From assembly GCA_944319925.1 (NCBI GenBank), contig CALUFQ010000009.1, positions 1,540 through 65,539 on the forward strand: a DNA stretch of 64,000 bases, read 5' to 3'. Position numbers and translations under genes: made by a program. Each line of letters opens with the position of its first letter. Within the stretch, counting starts at the first letter, position 1. This document shows positions 30,449-38,309 of the stretch, piece after piece. The notes under the pieces were generated by a model that made no database searches, had not been told where the DNA came from, and saw only the letters and a program-made list of their open reading frames with translations. Source of the stretch: an uncultured Paraprevotella sp. GTDB taxonomy: Bacteria; Bacteroidota; Bacteroidia; Bacteroidales; Bacteroidaceae.

Positions 30449-30485
30449 GCGGATTTCCGAATCCTTGGGACCCGCAAGGGCTTTC
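30449..30485 (+). repeat. Dispersed intergenic repeat, module A (copy 1, diverged)
   Basis: GCGGATTTCCGAATCC..CCCGCAAGGGCTT, similar to the copies at 34838 and 39556. Confidence 0.7.
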
Positions 30486-30600
30486 TTAGGGGCAGTCGAA
30501 ATTGAGTGGGGATTTAACAAGCTCTGCGCGTGACGTAACGCTCCTTCTGTTCGCCATGCGGCGGGGGTCGTAACGACCCTTTTTTCACCATGCGGACGCC

Positions 30601-30624
30601 AAAACTCTCCCGCCTCGTAGGGGG
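30601..30624 (-). repeat. Module C copy, inverted
   Basis: The reverse complement reads CCCCCTACGAGGCGGGAGAGTTTT. Confidence 0.55.
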
Positions 30625-30755
30625 ACGATCCGCGAAGGGGTGGAGGGGGTTCACGCCCACGCGAACACCTCCGGACGCATCCACGGACAACATAAACGGG
30701 TCGTAAAAAAGGGAAAGTCACTCTTGTGCATGGGAAACCCCTCCGGCCCTTCGGG

Positions 30756-30792
30756 CCACCTCCCCTATAAGGCGGAGGAGTTTTGCCTCCGG
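30756..30792 (+). repeat. Module C copy (CCCCTAYRAGGCGGAGGAGTT core)
   Basis: CCACCTCCCCTATAAGGCGGAGGAGTTTTGCCTCCGG. Confidence 0.7.
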
Positions 30793-31087
30793 ACGGACCA
30801 ATTGCGCGGCTTTCAAATCCGTCGCAGCTGGGCCTGGGACGGTATCCGACAACACACGGACCTGGCAGAATGTCACTCCGTGAGCGGAACAAGTTTCTTT
30901 TTGCCGGATTTAGGCGGATTTTCGTGACACAGCTTTTGAGCTTGCAAAGCAAAACAGAGAAAGGAACAGTCATTTTTTGCACAAAACAGCCCCTTTGTGC
31001 AACGTTTCACGGGGGATTTTTACTTTTTGAGGCAGTCCGTCCCCGAAATCTTGCAGCCGGGACGGAAAAATCCGGGCCCCGAAAAAG

Positions 31088-31113
31088 AAATTCCCGGCCC
31101 CGGAATTTTTTTT
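31088..31113. terminator. Terminator-like hairpin inside the ORF-free tract
   Basis: AAATTCC-CGGCCCC-GGAATTT followed by T-run. The opposite strand also has a T-rich tail. Confidence 0.4.
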
Positions 31114-31484
31114 CCAAGCCCCGAAATTTTCAGCCGGCGATTCAGAAGCCCCTTTTTCCGCTATTTGGAACTTTTTCACCGACAAATCCCCGATGTCAAT
31201 ATGTCGGCACAAGCCCAGCCCGGCTTACGTGCCCCGGCAATCCCGGCGCGGAAACAGCCCGCACCCGCGACAAAAAGAAAGCCTGCGCCCTCTATTTGCC
31301 GACATTTGGGTTTCCGCATGCTCCGCGAGCCTGCGTTTTTTGCGCCCGCCCCCGCCCCCGGCCCCGTACAAGTGAATCTCAGAGGCCTTCAAATGACAAA
31401 GTGTCAACTTCCAGGGAAAATAGCAAAATGTCAAATCCGTCGCAGCGTATCGGCAGGGAAGCATGAAACCGTTCCCCGCGGCAG

Positions 31485-31516
31485 AATTGCGTGGAATTAC
31501 AAATTCCACGTAGCAG
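31485..31516 (+). repeat. Module B-like partial copy
   Basis: AATTGCGTGGAATTACAAATTCCACGTAGCAG compared with AATTGCGTGGGATTGCAAATTCCACGCGGCAG. Confidence 0.6.
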
Positions 31517-31580
31517 GGGAAGCAGCCATAATGGCCGTTTTGTTCGTTGTGCGGAATGAGGCATGGCTTCTGCAGGCATG

Positions 31581-31613
31581 AAAACAACGGGCAGCGCATT
31601 TGTCGCGCTGCCC
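31581..31613 (-). terminator. Rho-independent terminator closing the T9SS-cargo/small-ORF transcription unit
   Basis: On the minus strand: GGGCAGCGC-GACAAAT-GCGCTGCCC, then GTTGTTTT. Confidence 0.7.
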
Positions 31614-31664
31614 GTTCCGATGGCATGGGCATGCCCTTTGGCGGGGCATTGCCTTAGTCGGCGT

Positions 31665-31823
31665 TTACCAAAGGTCTTCCCACACGTTCTTGTTGCTCAG
31701 TTGCTGTGCTTCCGAATGGGAGTTGTTGATGTCTATGTTGTTTCCCGACACCGCACAAATCGTTTCCTTTTGCTGCAATTCCACTGCGCGGAGGGCAGGG
31801 GTTACATATTTTCTTTTTTCCAT
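31665..31823 (-). CDS. Candidate small protein (52 aa), function unknown
   Basis: Below the ORF-track size cutoff; hand-translated as MEKRKYVTPALRAVELQQKETICAVSGNNIDINNSHSEAQQLSNKNVWEDLW. It starts 26 nt after the stop of the T9SS cargo gene on the same strand. A hairpin terminator follows about 50 nt later. Confidence 0.35.
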   Translation of the reverse strand: MEKRKYVTPALRAVELQQKETICAVSGNNIDINNSHSEAQQLSNKNVWEDLW

Positions 31824-31848
31824 GCTGATATTTTTTATGGTTTGTTTT

Positions 31849-34650
31849 TTACTTGATGACTTTCTTACCGTTCACGATATAGATGCCTTTCTGCAGGCCG
31901 TGCAGGGCTTCGGCGGGCGCGACTTGTGTGCGGACGCGGAGGCCGGAGAGGGTATAGACATCCACCGGTGCGGCCTCGTCGGCCACGGTTTCGGCGATGC
32001 CGGTGGCCTCCCAATCCCAAAGGAAGAAGTTCGTCTCGCTGGCTTCCGGTGTCTGTTCGATGGCCAGGTAAGCCTTGTTCGCGCCGTTGTTGATGGATGT
32101 GCCTTCCGCTGCATCCCAGTAGAAGCCGATGCCGTTTTCCGGATCGTTGGCCAGCTTGTAGTAGAGGTAGCCGGCTTCTGCAATGTTCTTGGCTGCCAGT
32201 GTGCCTTGCAGGAGGTTGCCTTCCGGAGCGGGTACGGCTTCTGCATACACGCCTTTATACTCGCCTTGTTTGCCTTGCAGGATGATGCCCGTCAGTCCTG
32301 GCACGGTGCTGCCCGGCTGGTAGCACCAGTCAATGGTCAGCTTGTTTGCGTCAGTGTCCACGCTCTTCGCGATGCCGCCCGTCAGGCCTTCCGGCATGGT
32401 GAATGCGTTCGGGGCGTAGTAGGTGGCATAGCCTGCGTCGGATACGGTGATGTCGAGGTCTTCCGGTGTGCCGATGTAGTAGAGGCGGAAGTTGTCGGCT
32501 TTCCACCAGCTTCCTTTTCCTTGTGCGCCGGTGTCCTTATTTCCGATGACTCCGATATGGATATTACCACCTTGGACAACAAAAGTCAGGCTTGTGGTTG
32601 TGGCAAGGTCGGCACATGCTTCGTTGTAGGTGTTTTCGTTGTTGTTGAAGTTTGTGTTCCACAAGATGTTTGCATTGTCTATGCTTGCATACAGATAGAT
32701 GTTTCCTGAGCCAAAGTTCGTGCAAGTGGCGGCTTCCAGCTTATACGCACCATCGGGAAGGTCGCTAAGCTGTTGGGAATATTGGGACTCTTTGATTCTC
32801 CATCCCGTCCAACTGTAGCAGTATAATTCCGTGTTTAGCGTACCGTTTGTGTAAACTCCTCCGTCTGCGCTTCCTTTGTTGCAGCTCCAGTCATTGGCCG
32901 CTTGTGTACTTTCTCCTGTTTGGTAAACATTTGGATTTTTTATGAAGCTGGTGAAGTCAATCGGGCTTTCAGATGAAGCTTGCGCCAAAAATTCCGGTGT
33001 CATGGCGGAGCGGGAAACTGCGTTCAGTGCCGTTACATGACTTGCTACGGTGGCATAGTCAAGGCTTGCCGCTGCCAAGTCGGTTATGACTTGTTGGTAT
33101 GCCGCTTCTTCGGCTAATCCTTCGATGGCATCTGCCAGGTCTTTGGCTTTGACCAAAGTGTAACACAAATCAACATAGGATTGCGCATTGATTGTGGCTT
33201 GGGTTACGCCTTCTGTGGCATCGGGTGCTTTTGCGCTCATTTGTGCCATTTCGGTTTCTGCTAAAACCTGCTGGGCAGCTGTCTTGTTCTGGTCCAATGC
33301 GGTTTTTCCGGCTTCCGACAGGGTATATGTTCCGTTTTCCACTTGGGCAAGGAGGGCGTTGGCAGCAGTAATGGCACTTGACAATGTAGCTGTGATGGTT
33401 TGTACCGCCGTAGCGGCATTGATGTTTTCCCAAATGGCAGCTTCTGCGGCGGCATAGTCTCCCGTTGTTTCCTTGTATTGGTCGTATGTCGCCTGCAGCT
33501 GTGCGGCTATTGCCGTAGCACCAAATTCACTGAAAGCCTGTTGCAATTCATAGAGGTTGGCCAAAGCTGTTTGGAATGCTTCCGACTCATCCACTTCGCC
33601 ATAATATGTCAGGCGGAAGTTGTCGAAAGCAGTGAAATCATTGGCGATGCTCACGTCTTTTCTGACACCTAGCCGCAGGGTGTTGTCCGAAACGATGACT
33701 TCCACTTCGTTTCCTCCGTAACGTCCGTTAAGGAAAACGTTGGCAGCGTCCGTTTCATTGCCCGGTACGCCTTGGCCGTCATCGTGAAGTAATTGCAAGG
33801 GGGCGGTGTAGTTGTTGGCATAAAGTATCGCATTTTGTGCGCCGTTTTCTACCACGCTGATTCCGGGTCGGTAGTAACCTTGGCAGGACACGATGTAACG
33901 CCCGTTGGGAATTTCCGTCAATTCCTGGTAGATGTCAAAGCTTTCGTTGTTGTCTTTGACGTAGGCGCAGGAGTTACTTGAACCTGTACCTCGGTCGGGG
34001 CCGATGATGGTAAGGTTGCCGCCGTTGTGCGTCTCTTTCCAGTTTGATGTTTGCCCGCGGTCGAAGCCGGCACCGACAATGTAAAATGTGGCATCCACGC
34101 CGTTGTCGGCTGTGGCATTCTCCAATGAGTCAATCCGCTGCTGCTTGGAGACCAACAGCCATTGGCCTGCACGTTCGGCTCCGCCGTTGTCTAGTTTCAA
34201 GACCGTTCCGCTGCCCGGATAATACAGGGTGTTGCTTCCGTTCTTGATGGTGTATTCGTTCAGTCCATCGTCAGGCGTGTCGTCAGTGAAGGTGAAATTG
34301 CATGAACCAGCATCCACATATCCGTTCGAGCCTAGATAGTTTTTGCCTTCATTGCTTGTGGTCAACGTCTTGATAGTGTATGTTCCTTCGCCGACAGCCG
34401 TCACCGTGCAGAGCAAGCCGGGCTGTCCCAACGAAGCTTGTGTACCCCATGTGTTTGCTCCCAGCAGAAACCCGTCGCCAGCCTTGTTGTACAAGTAGTA
34501 TTCCCCGCTTTCAGCAGGCAGTGCTTCGCCTGTCCATGGCACTCCGTCCGTTTGTTCCTGGGATTTTACCCCCGCCCATGGGAGTGTTAACGCAATGAAA
34601 GCCAATGATATACGATTGGCGCTAAGAAACTTTGTAATTTCTTTTTTCAT
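31849..34650 (-). CDS. Large secreted protein with T9SS C-terminal sorting domain, function unknown
   Basis: Signal peptide MKKEITKFLSANRISLAFIALTLPWAGVKSQ. C-terminus VYTLSGLRVRT...LQKGIYIVNGKKVIK is a type A CTD. Contains two related ...DNFRL(T/Y)Y(Y/I)G domains and a central Ala/Thr/Gln-rich helical region. Start trimmed from 34857. Confidence 0.8.
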   Translation of the reverse strand: MKKEITKFLSANRISLAFIALTLPWAGVKSQEQTDGVPWTGEALPAESGEYYLYNKAGDGFLLGANTWGTQASLGQPGLLCTVTAVGEGTYTIKTLTTSNEGKNYLGSNGYVDAGSCNFTFTDDTPDDGLNEYTIKNGSNTLYYPGSGTVLKLDNGGAERAGQWLLVSKQQRIDSLENATADNGVDATFYIVGAGFDRGQTSNWKETHNGGNLTIIGPDRGTGSSNSCAYVKDNNESFDIYQELTEIPNGRYIVSCQGYYRPGISVVENGAQNAILYANNYTAPLQLLHDDGQGVPGNETDAANVFLNGRYGGNEVEVIVSDNTLRLGVRKDVSIANDFTAFDNFRLTYYGEVDESEAFQTALANLYELQQAFSEFGATAIAAQLQATYDQYKETTGDYAAAEAAIWENINAATAVQTITATLSSAITAANALLAQVENGTYTLSEAGKTALDQNKTAAQQVLAETEMAQMSAKAPDATEGVTQATINAQSYVDLCYTLVKAKDLADAIEGLAEEAAYQQVITDLAAASLDYATVASHVTALNAVSRSAMTPEFLAQASSESPIDFTSFIKNPNVYQTGESTQAANDWSCNKGSADGGVYTNGTLNTELYCYSWTGWRIKESQYSQQLSDLPDGAYKLEAATCTNFGSGNIYLYASIDNANILWNTNFNNNENTYNEACADLATTTSLTFVVQGGNIHIGVIGNKDTGAQGKGSWWKADNFRLYYIGTPEDLDITVSDAGYATYYAPNAFTMPEGLTGGIAKSVDTDANKLTIDWCYQPGSTVPGLTGIILQGKQGEYKGVYAEAVPAPEGNLLQGTLAAKNIAEAGYLYYKLANDPENGIGFYWDAAEGTSINNGANKAYLAIEQTPEASETNFFLWDWEATGIAETVADEAAPVDVYTLSGLRVRTQVAPAEALHGLQKGIYIVNGKKVIK

Positions 34651-34740
34651 GAATTTGAGTTTAAGGTTCTTTGGTTTTTCCATTGCGCCGCAGCCGAACC
34701 TGTTGGCGGCGGCGTTGCCATTTTTCATTTCTTTGTGTGG

Positions 34741-34748
34741 CAAAATTA
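34741..34748 (-). promoter_or_regulatory. Putative -7 box (TAATTTTG) for the T9SS cargo gene
   Basis: Minus-strand TAnnTTTG about 90 nt upstream of ATG 34650. Confidence 0.4.
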
Positions 34749-34837
34749 TGACATTTTGTCCAAGAGGGATAGGACAAAAACTAACAAAATACGGGATGAA
34801 AAATAACATGTTCTGTTTTGTGCGGTGTTTTTGGGGT

Positions 34838-34969
34838 GCGGATTTCCGAATCCGCAAGCCCGCAAGGGCTTACACGTGGCAAATGTTGGTTCATGCAAGA
34901 AGGAGGAATCTTTTTCGGATTGAAAATCCTGATACTCAATTGCGTGGGATTGCAAATTCCACGCGGCAG
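34838..34969 (+). repeat. Composite intergenic repeat, modules A+B (copy 2)
   Basis: Module A: GCGGATTTCCGAATCCGCAAGCCCGCAAGGGCTT. Module B: TTTTTCGGATTGAAAATCCTGATACTCAATTGCGTGGGATTGCAAATTCCACGCGGCAG. Near-identical modules occur at 39556-39677. Confidence 0.85.
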
Positions 34970-34998
34970 TGGTGAACAAAAGGGGGATTATGGCCGCT

Positions 34999-35029
34999 CC
35001 ACCGCCCCTACGAGGCGGAGGAGTTGCCC
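34999..35029 (+). repeat. Module C copy
   Basis: CCACCGCCCCTACGAGGCGGAGGAGTTGCCC. Confidence 0.7.
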
Positions 35030-35068
35030 TTCAGGGCGGGGCAACGGCCGTTCATGTGGGGATGCCCC

Positions 35069-35752
35069 CTAAGGTTTCTCTTTCCCTTTTTCCCCGTTGC
35101 CTTTCAGGATGGGCAGATGCCAATGGTATTTCACCGAAAGCAGGCGGATGGCGATGACCGCGATGGCGGAAAGCACGGCGTTGACTTCCGCCGGAAGCCC
35201 GGCGGCATAGCCGGCAATATAGACGATGCCTCCGGCGATGCAGGCCATGGCGTAGATGTCTTGGCGGAAGATGAGGGGCACTTCGTTGATGAGGATATCG
35301 CGCAGGATGCCTCCCGCGGCACCTGTGACGCAGCCCATGATGACGGCCATCCATAGCGGATAGCCCATGTTCAGCGTCTTTTCCAGCCCGATGATGTTGA
35401 AGAGGGCCAGCCCCACGGTGTCGAAGATGAACCACGTGCTTTGCTGGCGGATGATTTTCTTGCCGAACAAGATGACCCACAGCAGGGCAAGCCCGCAACA
35501 GATGACATAAATGGAGTTGGTCATCCAAAACGGCGGGACGCCCAGCATGACATCGCGCAACGTGCCCCCGCCGATGGCGGTGGCCATGCCCACGATGTAG
35601 GCGCCGAACCAGTCGAACCGCTTGGCCGATGCCAGCCGGATGCCCGAGATGGCAAAGGCCATGGTGCCGATGAACTCAATGACGACAAACGAGGCGGGGA
35701 TGCGTAGCGTCTCGCCCATGACTTGCAGGATGTGAAGGAGTTGTCCGGTCAT
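35069..35752 (-). CDS. Trimeric intracellular cation channel (TRIC/UPF0126, YadS-like) family protein
   Basis: Two repeats with GGGTLRDV / AAGGILRDI glycine motifs. Start trimmed from 36109, giving an ATGA overlap with the upstream gene. Confidence 0.85.
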   Translation of the reverse strand: MTGQLLHILQVMGETLRIPASFVVIEFIGTMAFAISGIRLASAKRFDWFGAYIVGMATAIGGGTLRDVMLGVPPFWMTNSIYVICCGLALLWVILFGKKIIRQQSTWFIFDTVGLALFNIIGLEKTLNMGYPLWMAVIMGCVTGAAGGILRDILINEVPLIFRQDIYAMACIAGGIVYIAGYAAGLPAEVNAVLSAIAVIAIRLLSVKYHWHLPILKGNGEKGKEKP

Positions 35753-36705
35753 TTGTTGACTACGTTTTGCGGTTTTCCGTCGAGAAACGCGCGGAGGTTG
35801 TCCGCGCAGGTGTCCATCAGCCGCAGGCGGGCTTCGCGCGTGGCCCAGGCGATGTGTGGGGTGAGGAAGGCATTGGGGGCGGCCAGCAGGGGGGTGTCGG
35901 CAGCCGGCGGTTCCGTCTCCATGACATCGGCTCCGTAGGCACCGAGGGCGCGGGAAGCGAGGGCTTCCGCCACGGCCTGTTCGTCCACCAACGGGCCGCG
36001 TCCGGTGTTGAGGAGGATGCTGCCGGGTTTCATCAGGGCCAGTGTGCGGCGGTTGGCCAGGTGGCGCGTGTCCGGCGTGAGCGGGCAATGCAGGCTGACC
36101 ACATCGCACGTGGCAAACAATTCGTCGAGCGTGGCTTTACGGATGTCGTCGCCGAGCTGTGACTGGCTTTTCGAGGTGAAGGCTAGGACTTTCATGCCGA
36201 AGGCCAGGGCGATGCGCGCGGTGGCCGTCCCGGTGTGTCCCATTCCCACGATGCCCATGGTCTTGCCGGCCAGTTCCGTGAGTGGGGTGTCCCAGTAGCA
36301 GAAGTCCGGATTGCGGCTCCACCTTCCTTGGCGGTTTTCCGCCGCGTAGTGCTCCACGCGGTTGGTGATGGCCAACAGGAGGGCGAATGCCGATTGGGCA
36401 ACGGAAGGTGTGCTGTATGCCGGGATGTTGCACACGGGGATGCCGCGCCTGCGGGCGGCTTCCGTGTCCACGACGTTGTATCCCGTGGCCAGCACACCGA
36501 TGTATTTCAGCCTCGGGAGGCGGGCGATGCGTTCGGCCGTGAGGATTGTTTTGTTGGTGAGCAGGATGTCCGCGCCGGCCGCGTGGCGGTCGAAATCCTC
36601 GTCGGCGGTGCGTGGATATACCGTCAGGTCGCCCAGTGCCTCGATGCGTTCCCACGAAAGGTCGCCCGGATTCAACCCGTATCCGTCCAAAACTGTGATT
36701 TTCAT
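35749..36705 (-). CDS. D-2-hydroxyacid dehydrogenase (glycerate dehydrogenase-like)
   Basis: Contains GIVGMGHTGTATA (NAD fold) and ...NTGRGPLVDE...TPHIAWAT. Confidence 0.9.
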   Translation of the reverse strand: MKITVLDGYGLNPGDLSWERIEALGDLTVYPRTADEDFDRHAAGADILLTNKTILTAERIARLPRLKYIGVLATGYNVVDTEAARRRGIPVCNIPAYSTPSVAQSAFALLLAITNRVEHYAAENRQGRWSRNPDFCYWDTPLTELAGKTMGIVGMGHTGTATARIALAFGMKVLAFTSKSQSQLGDDIRKATLDELFATCDVVSLHCPLTPDTRHLANRRTLALMKPGSILLNTGRGPLVDEQAVAEALASRALGAYGADVMETEPPAADTPLLAAPNAFLTPHIAWATREARLRLMDTCADNLRAFLDGKPQNVVNK

Positions 36706-37958
36706 TGTCGGTTGATTTTGAAGTTCATTCTCCGGTAGCCCACCAACTTGTCATATCGTCCGCCGGTGGGACGGTGGTAAACCAGGATGATATATTCGTT
36801 TTCCGTTTCATAAAAGTTGCCGTCCGTCGGGCCGCTGTCCCCCGTCGTGCTTCCGTCCGGCACGAACAGGTAGTTGTAGTTGTAGTATCCTTGCTTCAAC
36901 AGGGCCGTGGCTTCGTAGGCCTGTTTTTCCCTGTTGTAGGTCATGCGGTATTGTGGCGTGAAGCGGTTGCATGTCCATTCGCCGTTCAGATAGACTTCCC
37001 CGCCGGGCAGTTGCGGGCTGTGGAACGTGAAATGGGTGAACACGTAGTCGCACGTGGTTTCCACGTCGTAGTCGTCGCTGTTGCGGATGATGAAGTCACC
37101 GTTTTGGTCTTCGTCGTAAAGGTAGTTGCGGGCGGTGCGGCTGGGAAAGAGCGTGGCATGGTAATATGGGTCGAACCATTCCATGCGGTCCACGTTCAGG
37201 GTTGGGACGTGCAGGTCGAGGACCTCAAACTTGTGGTATTCGTTACCCGCCGGGAAAATCAGCTGGCGGTTGTGGGTGAACTCGATTTTGTTGGCCGCCT
37301 GGATGTTGGGTCTGGGGTTGACCACGCAATTGTCCCACCGGCGGTTTTGCAGCACCACGGTTTGCAGTTCGCGGTGCGGGTCGATGACTTTTGTCAGCCC
37401 GTAATTGATGGAAAGGTCAAGTTGCTGGTGCGATTTGTTGAAGTCTATGTCCGTATTGGTGCTGATGGTGGCGCCGATGCCCACGCCCGGCTCGACCATG
37501 CAGAAGCAGGCCGTCAGCACGGGTACCGGCTCGTCGCCGTCGTCGTTGTAAACCGTCACCTTGTAATTCCCCGACAGTTTGAGCGAGACATATTCGTTCG
37601 GGATGCGCAGGGAATAATGGGTGTACAGGACTGTGGTGTTGAAGCTCTTCTCGTAGTCTTCGATGGTTTCGCCATTGAAGCCGTTCAGGTAGTCCGATTC
37701 GAAAATCTCGTCGGAAGGCGTCCAGTCGGCATTGCAGTGTTCCACCTTATATATATAGCGGTGGTATTCGTGGGAAAACTCGTCGAAACTGATTTCCACA
37801 TGGTTTCTTCCGCCCAAGTTCATGATGGGCGGGAGGAGCGGGTCGTTGTTTACCACCACCTGCAGCGTGTGCAGGCGTTCGTCCAGGATTTCGTGGCGTT
37901 GTGCGGGTGCGTATATGGCAAGTCCCGCCAGGCAAAGGAGAAATACAATGCGTCTCAT
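36702..37958 (-). CDS. DUF5103 / T9SS plug-like domain protein
   Basis: Signal peptide MRRIVFLLCLAGLAIYAPAQ. Contains HTLQVVVNND...YKVEHCNADWTPSD...YTHYSLRIPNE...SGNYKVTVY. Family named from memory of PF17116. Confidence 0.6.
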   Translation of the reverse strand: MRRIVFLLCLAGLAIYAPAQRHEILDERLHTLQVVVNNDPLLPPIMNLGGRNHVEISFDEFSHEYHRYIYKVEHCNADWTPSDEIFESDYLNGFNGETIEDYEKSFNTTVLYTHYSLRIPNEYVSLKLSGNYKVTVYNDDGDEPVPVLTACFCMVEPGVGIGATISTNTDIDFNKSHQQLDLSINYGLTKVIDPHRELQTVVLQNRRWDNCVVNPRPNIQAANKIEFTHNRQLIFPAGNEYHKFEVLDLHVPTLNVDRMEWFDPYYHATLFPSRTARNYLYDEDQNGDFIIRNSDDYDVETTCDYVFTHFTFHSPQLPGGEVYLNGEWTCNRFTPQYRMTYNREKQAYEATALLKQGYYNYNYLFVPDGSTTGDSGPTDGNFYETENEYIILVYHRPTGGRYDKLVGYRRMNFKINRQ

Positions 37959-38287
37959 ATTGCAAAAATAGAGAGATAATTTCAAAGAAAAAAGGAAATC
38001 CCACGAAACTTGGAAACTGTTTTGAATTTATCGCGCGCTGATTTGGGATGACTTTTCGCCTAGGCACACACGAAAACGATACATCAAGCGGGTGAAAAGA
38101 CTTTTTGTGGGAATCCAATTCTTGTCTTGGCGGCCAGTCTTTTCGGGTTTCGTGTTTGTGAAGTTGCGCGTTCCTATTTGGTGGTGTTTTGTCCGATGGA
38201 ATCGCTGTTTTTAAACAGATGACCGTTATTTTTGTTTTAATGGCTGTTTTAAATGCAGCGTTTTGATTTTGTTACCAAAAGAAAATG

Positions 38288-38295
38288 TATTTTTG
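38288..38295 (+). promoter_or_regulatory. Putative -7 box (TATTTTTG) for the YiiX-like gene
   Basis: TAnnTTTG 14 nt upstream of ATG 38310, implying a very short leader. Confidence 0.4.
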
Positions 38296-38309
38296 CACAC
38301 AAGGCGGAG

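Noticed and set aside
30236-31581. Three ORFs of 194-248 aa (30236-30982 -, 30783-31466 +, 30997-31581 +) lie in the tract after panD.
   Set aside because: They overlap each other in different frames and are Pro/Arg/Gly/Ser-rich. They run straight through repeat modules and hairpins and lack any recognisable domain. They are treated as non-coding; see the finding on this tract.
31600-32709. A 369-aa plus-strand ORF overlaps the small ORF, the terminator and the 3' end of the T9SS cargo gene.
   Set aside because: It lies antisense to a gene with a textbook T9SS C-terminal domain and runs across a terminator hairpin. No motifs are recognisable.
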